From: Bacteroidia bacterium
GTDB taxonomy: Bacteria; Bacteroidota; Bacteroidia; AKYH767-A; OLB10
Reading direction: 5' to 3'
Length of the DNA stretch: 64,000 nt
Assembly (NCBI GenBank): GCA_023262505.1
Contig: JALRAP010000006.1
Span: 42 to 64,041, forward strand
In this document: in pieces, positions 39,829 through 50,371 of the stretch
How positions within the stretch are numbered: position 1 is the stretch's first letter
How the letters are laid out: each line of letters begins with the position of its first letter
Position numbers and translations under genes: made by a program
Notes under the pieces: generated by a model
What the model saw: only the letters and a program-made list of their open reading frames with translations
Told to the model about the DNA's origin: nothing
Database searches by the model: none

Positions 39829-41223
39829 ATGAAATCAAAATTCGTGCGTTTGTTGATGGTGGGACTAGGCGTGATCATGCTTGGCCACTTCCGCAGCTTT
39901 GGTCAAGACTCTGTAGTTGTAAACAAAATATTCACCCATTGCCTTGAACAAGGGAAGTCATACGAACGGCTTAGATACTTGGCGGATTCCATTGGAAATC
40001 GACTGAGCGGATCTGCCAATGCCGAAAAGGCTGTCAAGTGGGCCTTGAAAACAATGCGTGATGTAGGACACGGAAGCTGCTATCTGCAAGAGGTGATGGT
40101 ACCTGTTTGGGTGCGCAACGATGTGGAGCGGTTGGATATGATTACCTCGAAGGGGAAGTCTAAGCTGAATATTTTCAGCCTTGGCGGTAGCGTGGCAACA
40201 AGGCAGGGCGGACTCACCGCTGGTGTGGTGGAGGTGAAGACTTTCGAGGAGCTTGTGAAGCTTGGTCGCGACAAAGTCGAAGGGAAAATCGTTTTTTTCA
40301 ACGCCCCCATGAAACAACGATTCTACCACACGTTCGAAGCATACGGCGATGCCGGAAAATATCGTTGGGCGGGTGCTCAAAACGCAGCCAAATACGGCGC
40401 GGTGGCATCCATCACACGTTCATTGACCCTTGCAATGGATGACAATCCACATACCGGTGCCATGGGATATGTAGACAGCATTCCCAAGATTCCCGCATGC
40501 GCCATTTCCACTATGGGGGCAGAGAAACTCAGCCTGGCGTTGGCACAAAACCCTTCGCTGCGATTAGAGCTTGAAATGAACTGTGAAACACGTCCTGATC
40601 AGCTTTCACACAATGTGATTGCGGAAATCCGCGGAAGCGAGTTCCCCGACGAGATCATCGTAGTGGGTGGCCATCTTGATTCGTGGGACAAAGGACATGG
40701 TGCTCATGACGATGGGGCTGGCTGTGTTCAATCAATGGAAGTTTTGAACATATTCAAAGAACTGGGTCTGCGTCCGAAACGCACCATACGCGTGGTGTTG
40801 TTCATGAACGAAGAAAACGGATTGCGAGGTGGAAAGAAATATGCAGAAGAGGCAAAGGCCAAAGGGGAGAAACATATCGCGGCCATTGAGTCTGATGCAG
40901 GAGGTTTCACGCCTGCGGGCTTCTCTTCAACCTGTGTGGATGATGCGAAACGTGTTTGGTTCCGCCAATGGAAAAACCTGTTCGAGCCTTATGCCATCTT
41001 CCAATGGGACGACGATGGGGGCGGAGCTGATATTGGTCCATTAAAAGACCAAGGCGCACTCCTGATCGGGCTTCGACCAGATTCACAGCGCTATTTCGAT
41101 TATCACCACACCGATATCGATACGTTTGACAAAGTCAATCGTAGGGAGTTGCACCTGGGTGCAGGCGCAATCGCGAGTCTGGCTTGGTTGTTGAGCGAAT
41201 ACGGCGTATCAGCCGCGAAGTGA
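39829..41223 (+). CDS. M28-family zinc aminopeptidase with PA domain, secreted
   Basis: Signal peptide. VVGGHLDSWDKGHGAHDDGAGCVQSMEVL and FMNEENGLRGG are M28 metal-binding motifs. Confidence 0.85.
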   Translation: MKSKFVRLLMVGLGVIMLGHFRSFGQDSVVVNKIFTHCLEQGKSYERLRYLADSIGNRLSGSANAEKAVKWALKTMRDVGHGSCYLQEVMVPVWVRNDVERLDMITSKGKSKLNIFSLGGSVATRQGGLTAGVVEVKTFEELVKLGRDKVEGKIVFFNAPMKQRFYHTFEAYGDAGKYRWAGAQNAAKYGAVASITRSLTLAMDDNPHTGAMGYVDSIPKIPACAISTMGAEKLSLALAQNPSLRLELEMNCETRPDQLSHNVIAEIRGSEFPDEIIVVGGHLDSWDKGHGAHDDGAGCVQSMEVLNIFKELGLRPKRTIRVVLFMNEENGLRGGKKYAEEAKAKGEKHIAAIESDAGGFTPAGFSSTCVDDAKRVWFRQWKNLFEPYAIFQWDDDGGGADIGPLKDQGALLIGLRPDSQRYFDYHHTDIDTFDKVNRRELHLGAGAIASLAWLLSEYGVSAAK

Positions 41224-41991
41224 GAAAGCGTCGGCATCCAAGCCAACAGGAAAAGATTTACGCGCCGCTTGCAAGGGTTTTGGATCAAGTGAAACCGTTA
41301 CAACAGACCCTTTGTGGGGCTTGATGTCAGTTAATGGTTCTCCCCACATGTCGTACGCAACACTGTCGCCGGCATAAACCATGTTTTTACCATCAGTTCC
41401 TACGCGGTTGACTGCAACCAAATAGCATTGGTTTTCGATGGCTCTTGCGGGCAGAAGCTTCATCCAAGCGGCCCTGCGTCTCTCTGGCCAGTTGGCAACA
41501 TATAACAACAGGTCGTAATCGTTGCGGTTGCGATTCCATACTGGAAAACGCAAATCGTAACATATCTGTGGACAAATACGCCAACCTTTGTATTCAATTA
41601 CTGCGCGTCGTTTGCCTGCGGCATAGGTTGATTGCTCTCCAGCCATACGGAACAAGTGCCGCTTATCGTAGTGTAATATTGTCCCATCGGGCTGTACCCA
41701 GACGAACCTATTGAAGAAGCGGTTCCGATCTTTGATCACTAAGCTTCCACAAACAACGGCCTTTTTCATTGCAGCTGTTTCCTGCATCCAAGTAACCGTG
41801 TTACCGTGCATTGTTTCTGCCACCCGGATGGCATTCATCGTAAAGCCGGAGGTAAACATCTCAGGCAACACTATCACATCCGTGCTACCCTTGCGAATGG
41901 GTCTCAACAATTCGTCCATCAACATGCGATTGCCTGCGGGATCTTCCCATAGCAATGTGGATTGGACGAGAGTGATTCGCAGTTTTTTCAT
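41209..41991 (-). CDS. Carbon-nitrogen hydrolase family (omega-amidase / nitrilase-like, YafV type)
   Basis: MKKLRITLVQSTLLWEDPAGN... with the Glu-Lys-Cys triad context (...LPEMF..., ICYDLRFP). 260 aa. Confidence 0.85.
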   Translation of the reverse strand: MKKLRITLVQSTLLWEDPAGNRMLMDELLRPIRKGSTDVIVLPEMFTSGFTMNAIRVAETMHGNTVTWMQETAAMKKAVVCGSLVIKDRNRFFNRFVWVQPDGTILHYDKRHLFRMAGEQSTYAAGKRRAVIEYKGWRICPQICYDLRFPVWNRNRNDYDLLLYVANWPERRRAAWMKLLPARAIENQCYLVAVNRVGTDGKNMVYAGDSVAYDMWGEPLTDIKPHKGSVVTVSLDPKPLQAARKSFPVGLDADAFSLRG

Positions 41992-43155
41992 CTAATTATT
42001 GATGGCAACTAGTTTTTCGGCGGCTGCGGCAAGAGTTTGGTCTTCCTTGGCAAAACACACCCTGATCAGTCGCATATCTTTGGGTGGGTTTTTGCAAAAT
42101 ACCGAAACGGGTATTGTTGCCACACCGTGTTCGCGGGTTATGCGTTCGGCGAATACCGTATCTTTTTCATCCGAGATGTTAGAGTAATCCAACAAAAGGA
42201 AATAAGAACCAAAGCAGGGTAATATGTCGAATTTGGATTTTGAAAGAAGCTGACAGATTAAGTCGCGCTTGCGTTGATAAAATGCGGGGATGTTCTGATA
42301 GGTGGACGGTTCTGCCAAATAGGAGGCCAAAGCGTATTGCAGAGGGGTGTTGACGGCAAAAACCATGTATTGATGTATTCGGCGAAACTCGGCCATCAGG
42401 TTTTCCGGCGCAACACAATATCCTGTTTTCCATCCTGTGGCGTGTACTGTTTTTCCGAATGAAAATACGACGAAACTACGTTCCGCGAGTTTGGGATAAG
42501 ACAACACGCTATGGTGAGAGAGTCCATCGAAAATGACATGTTCATACACCTCGTCGCTCAGAATGAAAATGTCGCGGTTGTGCACGATTTTTTCCAGCTG
42601 CTGCATGTCTTTGCCGGTCATCACCATACCTGTAGGATTGTGAGGCGTGTTGATGATGATCATCCTTGTTTTGGCTGTGACAGCTTTTTTGACCTGTGAC
42701 CAATCGATTTGGAAATCGGGAGCGGCCAATTGAAGCTGCACGGGTATGCCGCCGTGCAACCGTATGGCAGGAACATAGCTGTCGTATGCAGGCTCAAAGA
42801 CAATGACCTCGTCGCCCTCGCGAATGGTTGCGGCAATGGCAGTATAAAGCGCCTGGGTGCCCCCTGCGGTAATGGTGATCTCTTTCTCCGAATCAATTTT
42901 TGTACCATAGCAAGATTCCAACTTCTGCGCTAATACATCCCGCAAGGCGGGTATGCCTGGCATAGGAGCGTATTGGTTGTGTCCAGCCAACATGTTCTCA
43001 TGCACCAGCGAAATCAATTTGGGATCTACGTTGAAATCAGGGAAGCCTTGTGAAAGATTAATTGCACCGTGCTCTTTGGCAAGGGCCGACATGATGGTGA
43101 ATATGGTAGTACCTGTATTGGGTAGCTTGGTCTTTACCGCGCCTGGAAAAAGCAT
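41992..43155 (-). CDS. PLP-dependent aminotransferase class I/II (methionine/glutamine transaminase-like, YbdL type)
   Basis: INLSQGFPDF, NQYAPMPG, the SFGKT lysine motif and NTPHNPTG. 387 aa. Starts 1 bp after the hydrolase gene stop. Confidence 0.85.
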   Translation of the reverse strand: MLFPGAVKTKLPNTGTTIFTIMSALAKEHGAINLSQGFPDFNVDPKLISLVHENMLAGHNQYAPMPGIPALRDVLAQKLESCYGTKIDSEKEITITAGGTQALYTAIAATIREGDEVIVFEPAYDSYVPAIRLHGGIPVQLQLAAPDFQIDWSQVKKAVTAKTRMIIINTPHNPTGMVMTGKDMQQLEKIVHNRDIFILSDEVYEHVIFDGLSHHSVLSYPKLAERSFVVFSFGKTVHATGWKTGYCVAPENLMAEFRRIHQYMVFAVNTPLQYALASYLAEPSTYQNIPAFYQRKRDLICQLLSKSKFDILPCFGSYFLLLDYSNISDEKDTVFAERITREHGVATIPVSVFCKNPPKDMRLIRVCFAKEDQTLAAAAEKLVAINN

Positions 43156-43347
43156 AGTGGTTATGATGATGTTCGTGCAAATTTACGAAAATGAGCTGCC
43201 ATGGAGGGTGTCAACAATGGATGCTGCAAAACAAAAAGCTGAAGAATGGTGTTAACTGATTGATATCCAAAAACCGTGCGCAAACCCTGGAACATACCCG
43301 ATTTTCCCGTTTATAGTCTTTCTACTCAAAAAGCGGGAAAAGCCAAT

Positions 43348-43749
43348 ATGAACATTTGCACGTATGTGTGTGCCGTTAGCATGAAGCCAAAGATTTACAT
43401 GATTGCAGCTTACGAAAACACACAAACACTTACAAACCTCGAATCATCCGATACGGCGGTATTGCAGCTTTTGGATCAATCGCAATTCGGATTGGTGAAG
43501 CATTTGGGTAAAATGTCGGGAACTAGTTTCGACAAAATAACCTGGCTGCGGAAAAGAGGGGAGTTGGGCGACTGGATGGGGTTTCCCGTTCTCAACAATG
43601 TGTGCAGCTTGGTGTTATTGAAAAAAACAAAAACCATTCGATTCGCCGGTGACCATGTGCTTTTCTTGTTTTCGGTTGAAAAGAACAAAGTCTTTTCCGA
43701 AAATTACCTAACCACCGGTATTTTGAAAAACAAGAAAATCATCCGTTAA
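43348..43749 (+). CDS. Flavin reductase-like domain protein (short form)
   Basis: MNICTYVCAVSMKPKIYMIAAYENTQTLTNLESSDTAVLQLLDQSQFGLVKHLGKMSG parallels the PF01613 N-terminal pattern. The start is chosen at an internal Met. Confidence 0.55.
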   Translation: MNICTYVCAVSMKPKIYMIAAYENTQTLTNLESSDTAVLQLLDQSQFGLVKHLGKMSGTSFDKITWLRKRGELGDWMGFPVLNNVCSLVLLKKTKTIRFAGDHVLFLFSVEKNKVFSENYLTTGILKNKKIIR

Positions 43750-43753
43750 TGAA

Positions 43754-44377
43754 ATGAATAGCAAAGATCAACATATATCTCAAGAAGAAATCCAACAAAT
43801 GGACAGTCGCAAACGTGGCGTGTTTATGAATTCCCTAGCGGGTTTCCGTACCGTAATATTGGTTGGCACTGTTTCAAGCGAAGGGATTAACAATCTAGCT
43901 ATTTTCAATTCGCTTATACACTTTGGTGCAGACCCGGCATTGTGGGGGTTGGTTTGCAGACCGAATGCCCAAGAGCGCGATACCGTCAGGAACATTTCCG
44001 CTAACGGAAAATACACGTTGAACATCATCCACGTAAGTGAACGAAACAAGGCACACCAAACATCTGCCAAATATGGAAGGTTGGTTTCTGAGTTTGATGT
44101 CTGCGGTTTCGATACAGAATTCCAGAATGGATGCATTGCTCCGTTTGTGAAGAGTGCAATAGTGAAAATGGAAATGGAGGCGGTTATGACCATTCCGATC
44201 CCATTGAATGGAACATCCATCTTGATAGGAAAGCCCGTAAATATCCATCTGCCTGATGGGCTAGTTGGTCAAGATGGCTTTGCCGACCTTGCCGGTGCGG
44301 GGGTTTTGGGGTGCCAAGGCCTTGATGCCTATTTGTCGGCAACAGTCATCGAGCGCTTCCCATACGCACAACCATAG
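43754..44377 (+). CDS. Flavin reductase-like (FMN-binding split-barrel) protein
   Basis: FRTVILVGTVSSEGINNLAIFNSLIHFGADPALWGLVCRPNAQERDTVRNISANGKYTLNII matches the flavin-reductase-like domain. Confidence 0.65.
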   Translation: MNSKDQHISQEEIQQMDSRKRGVFMNSLAGFRTVILVGTVSSEGINNLAIFNSLIHFGADPALWGLVCRPNAQERDTVRNISANGKYTLNIIHVSERNKAHQTSAKYGRLVSEFDVCGFDTEFQNGCIAPFVKSAIVKMEMEAVMTIPIPLNGTSILIGKPVNIHLPDGLVGQDGFADLAGAGVLGCQGLDAYLSATVIERFPYAQP

Positions 44378-44380
44378 CCA

Positions 44381-45943
44381 TTGAAAAAGCCGCAATTAAA
44401 TATTGTTTGGCTGAAGCGTGATTTGCGCACGCAGGATCACGAGCCTCTGTATTTGGCGGAGCGGGATGTCAGGCCGTATTTATGCGTTTTCATTTTCGAG
44501 CCATCCATCATTTCACATCCTGACACATCGTACCGTCACTTATGGTTCCAATATGGATCATTGAATGATATTTCAGATAAGTTAGCGCCTTATAACAAAT
44601 CTCCATTGCTTTTTTATGCAGAAGCCGAACAGGTGTTTGCCCATTTGTGCTCGGTGTTTGAGGTTTCAAAGGTGTTTAGTTATATGGAATCAGGGGTGCG
44701 GATTACTTATGAGCGAGACAAGATTATCAAGCGCTATTTTAAAAACAAAAACATAGAATGGATTGAATCGAAACGTGACGGAATCGTGCGTGGTGCTAAA
44801 AACCGGTTGGGCTGGGATGACCAATGGTATGAAACGATGGAGCGGTCGGCCATAATAAACCGGTACGAGAAACAAGAGGCCATAGCGTTCACCAATCCGT
44901 TTTTATTGAATGAATCATTGGTTTTGTCGTGGCATCAGAACACAAACAACTTTCAGCCTCCTGGAGAAAATTTTGCATACCGGTATTTGCAAAGCTTCTT
45001 GGAGACCCGTGGTGCAGATTACAGCAAACACATATCCAAACCCAAACAGAGCAGGCTTTCTTGTAGCAGGCTATCGCCATACCTGGCGTGGGGAAACTTA
45101 TCGATACGACAAGTATGGCAAGCCACCAAAAACCATGTGTTGAAAAAACAAACCAAGAACTCTTTCAGGAACTTTTTAACGCGTTTGCATTGGCATTGCC
45201 ATTTCATTCAGAAGTTTGAAACGGAGTGCAGGTACGAAACCGAGTGCATCAACAAAGGTTATGAAAAATTAATGCCGCCTTTGGATGAAAAACTTGTGGA
45301 AGCCTGGAAAACCGGCCACACGGGGGTTCCTCTGGTAGATGCTTGCATGCGTTGCGTTGCGCAAACGGGTTGGTTGAACTTTCGAATGCGCGCCTTAGTG
45401 GTGTCGTTCCTTACCCACCATTTGCTGCAGGATTGGCGACATGGCGCATATCATTTGGCACAAAAATTTCTCGACTATGAGCCTGGAATCCATTATCCGC
45501 AATTTCAAATGCAGGCAGGCACCACAGGCATCAACACCATCCGTATTTACAACCCCGTTAAGAACACGGTGGAACACGACCCCGAGGGGGAATTCATCAA
45601 AAGCTGGTTGCCTGAATTGGGGGCGCTTCCTACGGTTTTCGTACACCAACCTTGGCTAATGACCAAAATGGACCAGGTTTTTTACGGATTTGAGCTAGGA
45701 AAAGATTATCCGTATCCGGTTGTTGATTTGGACGAGGTGCGCAAAGCGAATAGGGATCTTATTTGGGGGATGCGGAAAATAGCCGAAGTAAAATCCGATT
45801 CACAACGAATGGTAGCAGTTCACGCTCGTCCGAAGAAGAAAGAAAAAGCGAAATCCGTTAAACAAAAAAGGGGTAAGGTGGAGAATGTTTTGACATTGTC
45901 AGACCAGGGGAAGGCTGAAGGAGAACATGGAGCCACGCCCTAA
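44381..45943 (+). CDS. Cryptochrome/photolyase family protein (deoxyribodipyrimidine photo-lyase-like)
   Basis: N-terminal [16 protein letters not shown] is the photolyase alpha/beta domain. The FAD-binding domain has [63 protein letters not shown]. Confidence 0.85.
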   Translation: MKKPQLNIVWLKRDLRTQDHEPLYLAERDVRPYLCVFIFEPSIISHPDTSYRHLWFQYGSLNDISDKLAPYNKSPLLFYAEAEQVFAHLCSVFEVSKVFSYMESGVRITYERDKIIKRYFKNKNIEWIESKRDGIVRGAKNRLGWDDQWYETMERSAIINRYEKQEAIAFTNPFLLNESLVLSWHQNTNNFQPPGENFAYRYLQSFLETRGADYSKHISKPKQSRLSCSRLSPYLAWGNLSIRQVWQATKNHVLKKQTKNSFRNFLTRLHWHCHFIQKFETECRYETECINKGYEKLMPPLDEKLVEAWKTGHTGVPLVDACMRCVAQTGWLNFRMRALVVSFLTHHLLQDWRHGAYHLAQKFLDYEPGIHYPQFQMQAGTTGINTIRIYNPVKNTVEHDPEGEFIKSWLPELGALPTVFVHQPWLMTKMDQVFYGFELGKDYPYPVVDLDEVRKANRDLIWGMRKIAEVKSDSQRMVAVHARPKKKEKAKSVKQKRGKVENVLTLSDQGKAEGEHGATP

Positions 45944-47284
45944 GGTTGATTCCACTTTCAAACGGCTGTTGTGATGAGACAAGAAGTCTTGTACAAGCTG
46001 TATTCCCAAGCCGTTTCCCTTCTCGTGATTGGTGCCTTCATTGGAAAAAGAGACGCCGCGATTCACCATATCAACCTCTTCGAGGCTCATGCCTCTGCCG
46101 GAATCAATCACATCAAAACACCAACCTCCAGGGCATTGGTTGGAGGAAAGGGTTATCACACCGCCTTCTGGTGTGAACTTATATGCATTGGATATCAGAT
46201 TTCTAAAAACAGCCTCCACCATGTCGCGGTCGCACAGCACCCGAAGGCCTTCGCGATGTGCGAAATTGAATTCGAAACGTATGTTCTTGCCGGATTGGAG
46301 CAGCTTGCAATAGGATTCAACAAAGCGGTATATCTGCTCGAGATTCACAGCAGTAGGTGAGTAGACAACCGCATCCTTCTGGATGCGAGACCACAGCAGC
46401 ATGTTGTCAACAAGATCCAACGTTTGCCCGGTTCTTGATTTGAATTGCTCGACCATCTTCTCTTGAACCTCTGGCGAGAGCTTGCCTGGACTTAAGACAT
46501 CGAGACCAGAATACAATAAAGCTAATGGGGAGCGTAGGTCATGCGAAAGCACCGACATCATCTTGTCGCGCGTAAACACCGCAGCCTTGAGCTGGTCGTT
46601 CCTGCGATTCACATCCTCTGCCTTTTGGATAAGTTTCTCCTGAATGGCGTCGTTGGTGCGAATGATGAAAACCGCCTGGAGGATAACCACTATCGTCGCG
46701 GAAGCCACATTGATGGTTCTCTCGAGCAAAACGGCCGTTGAGCCTAAGCCTCCTAATTGGGCCGCCAATTTTCTTTCATAAATCTGCAAGGCCGCCATCA
46801 ATGTTGTGATGAGGGCCGCAATTACATAACCAGTTGTTTTTTCCTTACCCTGAAAAGTAATCAGAGATCCTAAAATTATTGGAATGAAATAGATGGTTGC
46901 AAAAACATCTGGGCCCGAAAACATCACAATCAAAATGATAAGCACCGAAATTTGAAAGACATTCCAAAGCTTGGAATAATAGTAATACCCGTAACTATAC
47001 AAAAGCCATGTAATTGTAACGGCAGGCAGACCAGAAATGGATATAACAGCCTGCTCCCGCTGATCAATCATCAGATTTACGAAGAAAAAAACCACGCAAT
47101 AGATGGCAATAATCCACATCAGCACCACATGCAGCTGACGCCCCTTTTCCTCGAGCAGATTTAAGGAGGAATCATCGGTTGTAGGCGTTTGAGCCTGTTC
47201 TCCGCTTGATAATGGGATTTGTGACATACAGCTTGCAAATATGTGTTTTTTTGACAAACTCCTGTCTGTTTTGCGCCCAGCCAT
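45899..47284 (-). CDS. Membrane sensor histidine kinase (multi-TM N-terminal domain, HisKA, HATPase_c)
   Basis: H-box [16 protein letters not shown]. HATPase motifs [20 protein letters not shown] and GNGLGIQL. Five to six N-terminal TM helices. The true start may be an internal Met. Confidence 0.8.
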   Translation of the reverse strand: MAGRKTDRSLSKKHIFASCMSQIPLSSGEQAQTPTTDDSSLNLLEEKGRQLHVVLMWIIAIYCVVFFFVNLMIDQREQAVISISGLPAVTITWLLYSYGYYYYSKLWNVFQISVLIILIVMFSGPDVFATIYFIPIILGSLITFQGKEKTTGYVIAALITTLMAALQIYERKLAAQLGGLGSTAVLLERTINVASATIVVILQAVFIIRTNDAIQEKLIQKAEDVNRRNDQLKAAVFTRDKMMSVLSHDLRSPLALLYSGLDVLSPGKLSPEVQEKMVEQFKSRTGQTLDLVDNMLLWSRIQKDAVVYSPTAVNLEQIYRFVESYCKLLQSGKNIRFEFNFAHREGLRVLCDRDMVEAVFRNLISNAYKFTPEGGVITLSSNQCPGGWCFDVIDSGRGMSLEEVDMVNRGVSFSNEGTNHEKGNGLGIQLVQDFLSHHNSRLKVESTLGRGSMFSFSLPLV

Positions 47285-47533
47285 TTTAACAAAATGATTG
47301 TACTTTATCCTCTACATGCCGATCATTTTGAATATCTTGCGACCGATTTCGCTGAAGCATCCTGCACAAAAGCCAATATGTTGCATTTGTAATCTTTTTC
47401 CATCTGTTTCAAGGACTTATTAGCCATTGTCTTCCCATCCAAAACGGTCAAAATCATCTGCTAGAAGTGGCGAAAAGGCATCCTAAAGGCATACCAACAA
47501 CCGCACATTAACTTAAATCGAGCTGCCCAGATT

Positions 47534-48478
47534 ATGCAACGGCCTGATGCGCCAACAAAACAATTGCTCTTAACAGCCTTGGGGTTTGCGGCTGTTGCGT
47601 TGCTTTTCATCGCAATTGGCGCGGATTTGATTCCCGTTCCGGATGGGTTCAAGAAAACAACCCTAAACCAAGAGGAAAGAAGCCAACACAGGCATGATAT
47701 ACTCCCAAACTTGGATGGTTTAGCTGAGGGCCCAAAGGAGCAAGAAGAAACTGTTTCAAACGACTCGTTGATTTTTTCAACTGCATTAAACGATTCCATT
47801 GCCGATACCTTAAGAAACATATATCAACTGCCCAATGGAGAGCAACCGTTAGACAGTGCAAGCATGGTGATGGGTGAAGCGCCAAAAACGGTTTTCTATG
47901 GCGACACAACCAAGAAAGAACGCGTAATGTTAATGGGTGACTCTCAGTGTGGCGGACTCCGTTACCCTGTTTACAGTTATTGTGCACTTAACGGCCACAA
48001 GCTATTGGCAACCGTAACTTGGAACAGTTCCACCACCAAAAACTGGGCTAATTCCGATACGCTGGATTATTTTTTGCGCGAATACAAGCCAACCCTCGTC
48101 ATCATGTGTGTTGGACTGAACGAGATTTTGTCTAGCAACATGAAGTCCCGAAAGAAATACATACAAACCATCAATACCAAAATTGCGGCGTCTGGCGCAA
48201 GGGTGTTTTGGCTTGGCCCCGCTGCTTGGGTAAAAGACATGGGTATCATACAAGTCATAAAAGATGAAAATGGATCCATGTTTTTTGATGCCACCACGCT
48301 TTCGCTAGATAGGGCTGAGGATGGAAGACACCCTACAAAACAATCATACAGGCATTGGTTCTCGCATGCCGCTGCATACATGACCCGAGCGGGAGTGGTG
48401 GATTTCTCCATATCATCTCCATTCAAAAACATGGGTAGAAAAACAGTAAACGTTGAGATAACACCCAATAGGCAATGA
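47534..48478 (+). CDS. SGNH/GDSL-fold hydrolase-like periplasmic protein (AlgJ/DltD-like O-acetylation partner)
   Basis: N-terminal TM anchor. The VMLMGDSQCGG block resembles the SGNH catalytic Ser motif. Its stop overlaps the start of the MBOAT gene by 4 bp. Confidence 0.6.
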   Translation: MQRPDAPTKQLLLTALGFAAVALLFIAIGADLIPVPDGFKKTTLNQEERSQHRHDILPNLDGLAEGPKEQEETVSNDSLIFSTALNDSIADTLRNIYQLPNGEQPLDSASMVMGEAPKTVFYGDTTKKERVMLMGDSQCGGLRYPVYSYCALNGHKLLATVTWNSSTTKNWANSDTLDYFLREYKPTLVIMCVGLNEILSSNMKSRKKYIQTINTKIAASGARVFWLGPAAWVKDMGIIQVIKDENGSMFFDATTLSLDRAEDGRHPTKQSYRHWFSHAAAYMTRAGVVDFSISSPFKNMGRKTVNVEITPNRQ

Positions 48479-49935
48479 ACTGGTGGAACTCTATATCTCA
48501 GCTATTCACCTATGACCCCAATAGGCCGTTGATATTTACGGATGGGGCGTTCCTGGTATTGTTTACCGCTTTCGTGGCTGTTTATGTGCTGCTTTGGAAA
48601 CGTGACGTGTTCCGCTCCGTATATATCATTCTATTCGGCTTCCTATTCTACTATTTGGCTAGTGGAGGTTTTCTTTTTCTCTTGCTTGCAACCATTTCGC
48701 TTGATTACCTTTTTTCGGTTTTGATACAAAATGCTAAATCGAACGCCATCCGTAAAACCTGGCTCATCACAGGCATTTCCTTTAGCTTATCGTTCTTATT
48801 GTATTTCAAATACAGGAACTTCTTCCTACATAGTGTTTCTGATATTACGGGTCAGGGCTTTCAGCTCGAACACCTGATCCTGCCTATCGGTATCTCCTTC
48901 TACACATTCCAATCCATCAGTTACCTGGTGGATGTTTACAACCGGCGCGTTTCCGTGCCCGAATTCTCCGACTACCTATTGTACATGACCTTCTTCCCGC
49001 ATTTGGTGGCGGGACCCATAGTGCGCGCACGTGACTTTCTGCCGCAATTGAAATCCACACCTGTAATAAATAGGGCACACCTCAATGAAGGGCTTTTTCT
49101 GATCACCAAAGGGTTCGTTAAAAAAGCCGTTGTAGCGGACCTTGTCTCGCAATATTCAGATGCGGTTTTTTCGGCGCCGGGTTCATTCAGCGGCTATGAG
49201 CATGCGTTTTCAACGCTTTGTTACACCATGCAGATTTACTGTGACTTCAGTGGCTATACGGATATGGCCATAGGAATTGCCTTGCTGCTGGGATACAGGC
49301 TTTGCCTCAACTTCGATTCACCATACAAATCAACTTCCATTACCGAGTTTTGGAGGCGCTGGCACATTTCGTTATCAAGCTGGCTACGCGATTACATTTA
49401 CATCCCCATGGGTGGCAACCGAAAAGGATTTATCGCTCAGCTTTGCTTCCTGGTATTGACCATGCTCATCGGTGGTTTCTGGCATGGCGCCGATTGGAAG
49501 TTTGTATTCTGGGGCGTCGCCCATGGCTTGTTGCTGGTAATTCACAAGCTTTGGAAAAAACTCGTTCCCAATACTCCGTCGAACATGATATTCACTTTGA
49601 TGGGCTGGGTGATCACATTCTGTTGCGTGGCGCTGCTGTGGGTTCCCTTCCGTGCGCTTTCGTTCAATGACGCTTTGTTGGTATACGGCTCGTTTTTGCA
49701 CTATGCCGATCCAGCAGTACTGATTGAAGTATTTTGGAAAAATATGGAATTGTGTATCGTTTTCCTGGTAGCGGCGATTTTAATCTTGCTGCCATTCAAC
49801 TGGAAGGTTTTTTTACGGGATATGCATTACCGAACACCTTTGGTGGTGAAATTCCTGGTACTGGCCATTGCCATACAGCTTTCAATACAGCTCACCGATA
49901 CCGAGGTACAGCCCTTTATTTATTTCCAATTCTGA
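48475..49935 (+). CDS. MBOAT-family membrane-bound O-acyltransferase (AlgI/DltB-like)
   Basis: EFWRRWHISLSSWLRDYIYIPMGGNRKG and LIGGFWHGADWKFVFWG contain the conserved MBOAT His. Many TM helices. Confidence 0.9.
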   Translation: MNWWNSISQLFTYDPNRPLIFTDGAFLVLFTAFVAVYVLLWKRDVFRSVYIILFGFLFYYLASGGFLFLLLATISLDYLFSVLIQNAKSNAIRKTWLITGISFSLSFLLYFKYRNFFLHSVSDITGQGFQLEHLILPIGISFYTFQSISYLVDVYNRRVSVPEFSDYLLYMTFFPHLVAGPIVRARDFLPQLKSTPVINRAHLNEGLFLITKGFVKKAVVADLVSQYSDAVFSAPGSFSGYEHAFSTLCYTMQIYCDFSGYTDMAIGIALLLGYRLCLNFDSPYKSTSITEFWRRWHISLSSWLRDYIYIPMGGNRKGFIAQLCFLVLTMLIGGFWHGADWKFVFWGVAHGLLLVIHKLWKKLVPNTPSNMIFTLMGWVITFCCVALLWVPFRALSFNDALLVYGSFLHYADPAVLIEVFWKNMELCIVFLVAAILILLPFNWKVFLRDMHYRTPLVVKFLVLAIAIQLSIQLTDTEVQPFIYFQF

Positions 49936-49937
49936 TT

Positions 49938-50324
49938 TCAGCCTTTTGCCAAAGCGGCCATCCGTTCCTTAAGGAAGGTGAAGTCGACTGGTTTCGTGAT
50001 AAAGTCGTCAGCACCATATCCTAATGCAGCCATATGGTTGGCCTCATCGCCATAAGCGGTCACCATTATGACTTTCAAAAGCGGAAAATCCTTTTTCACA
50101 TGTCGGACCAATTCCAAGCCGTTCATGCCTGGCATGTTGATGTCTGAAAGCAGCAAAACCACATCAAAGGGATTCAAGCCCTTCAAATATTCCAAAGCGA
50201 TATCGGCCGAAAAAGCAAAGTCGAAGGTCATGATGCCCTCGCGCAGCTCCTTACGAAAACGCTGGCGGAACAGTAGCTCCACATCCGGCTCGTCGTCGAC
50301 TATCAATACTTTTTGCGGCTGCAT
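49938..50324 (-). CDS. Single-domain response regulator (receiver only)
   Basis: VLIVDDEP...DVVLLLSDINMPGMNGLELV...KVIMVTAYGD. No output domain. Confidence 0.9.
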   Translation of the reverse strand: MQPQKVLIVDDEPDVELLFRQRFRKELREGIMTFDFAFSADIALEYLKGLNPFDVVLLLSDINMPGMNGLELVRHVKKDFPLLKVIMVTAYGDEANHMAALGYGADDFITKPVDFTFLKERMAALAKG

Positions 50325-50371
50325 CTATCAAGGATTTACCTTACAATAATAAACAATTTAAATAATATGCC

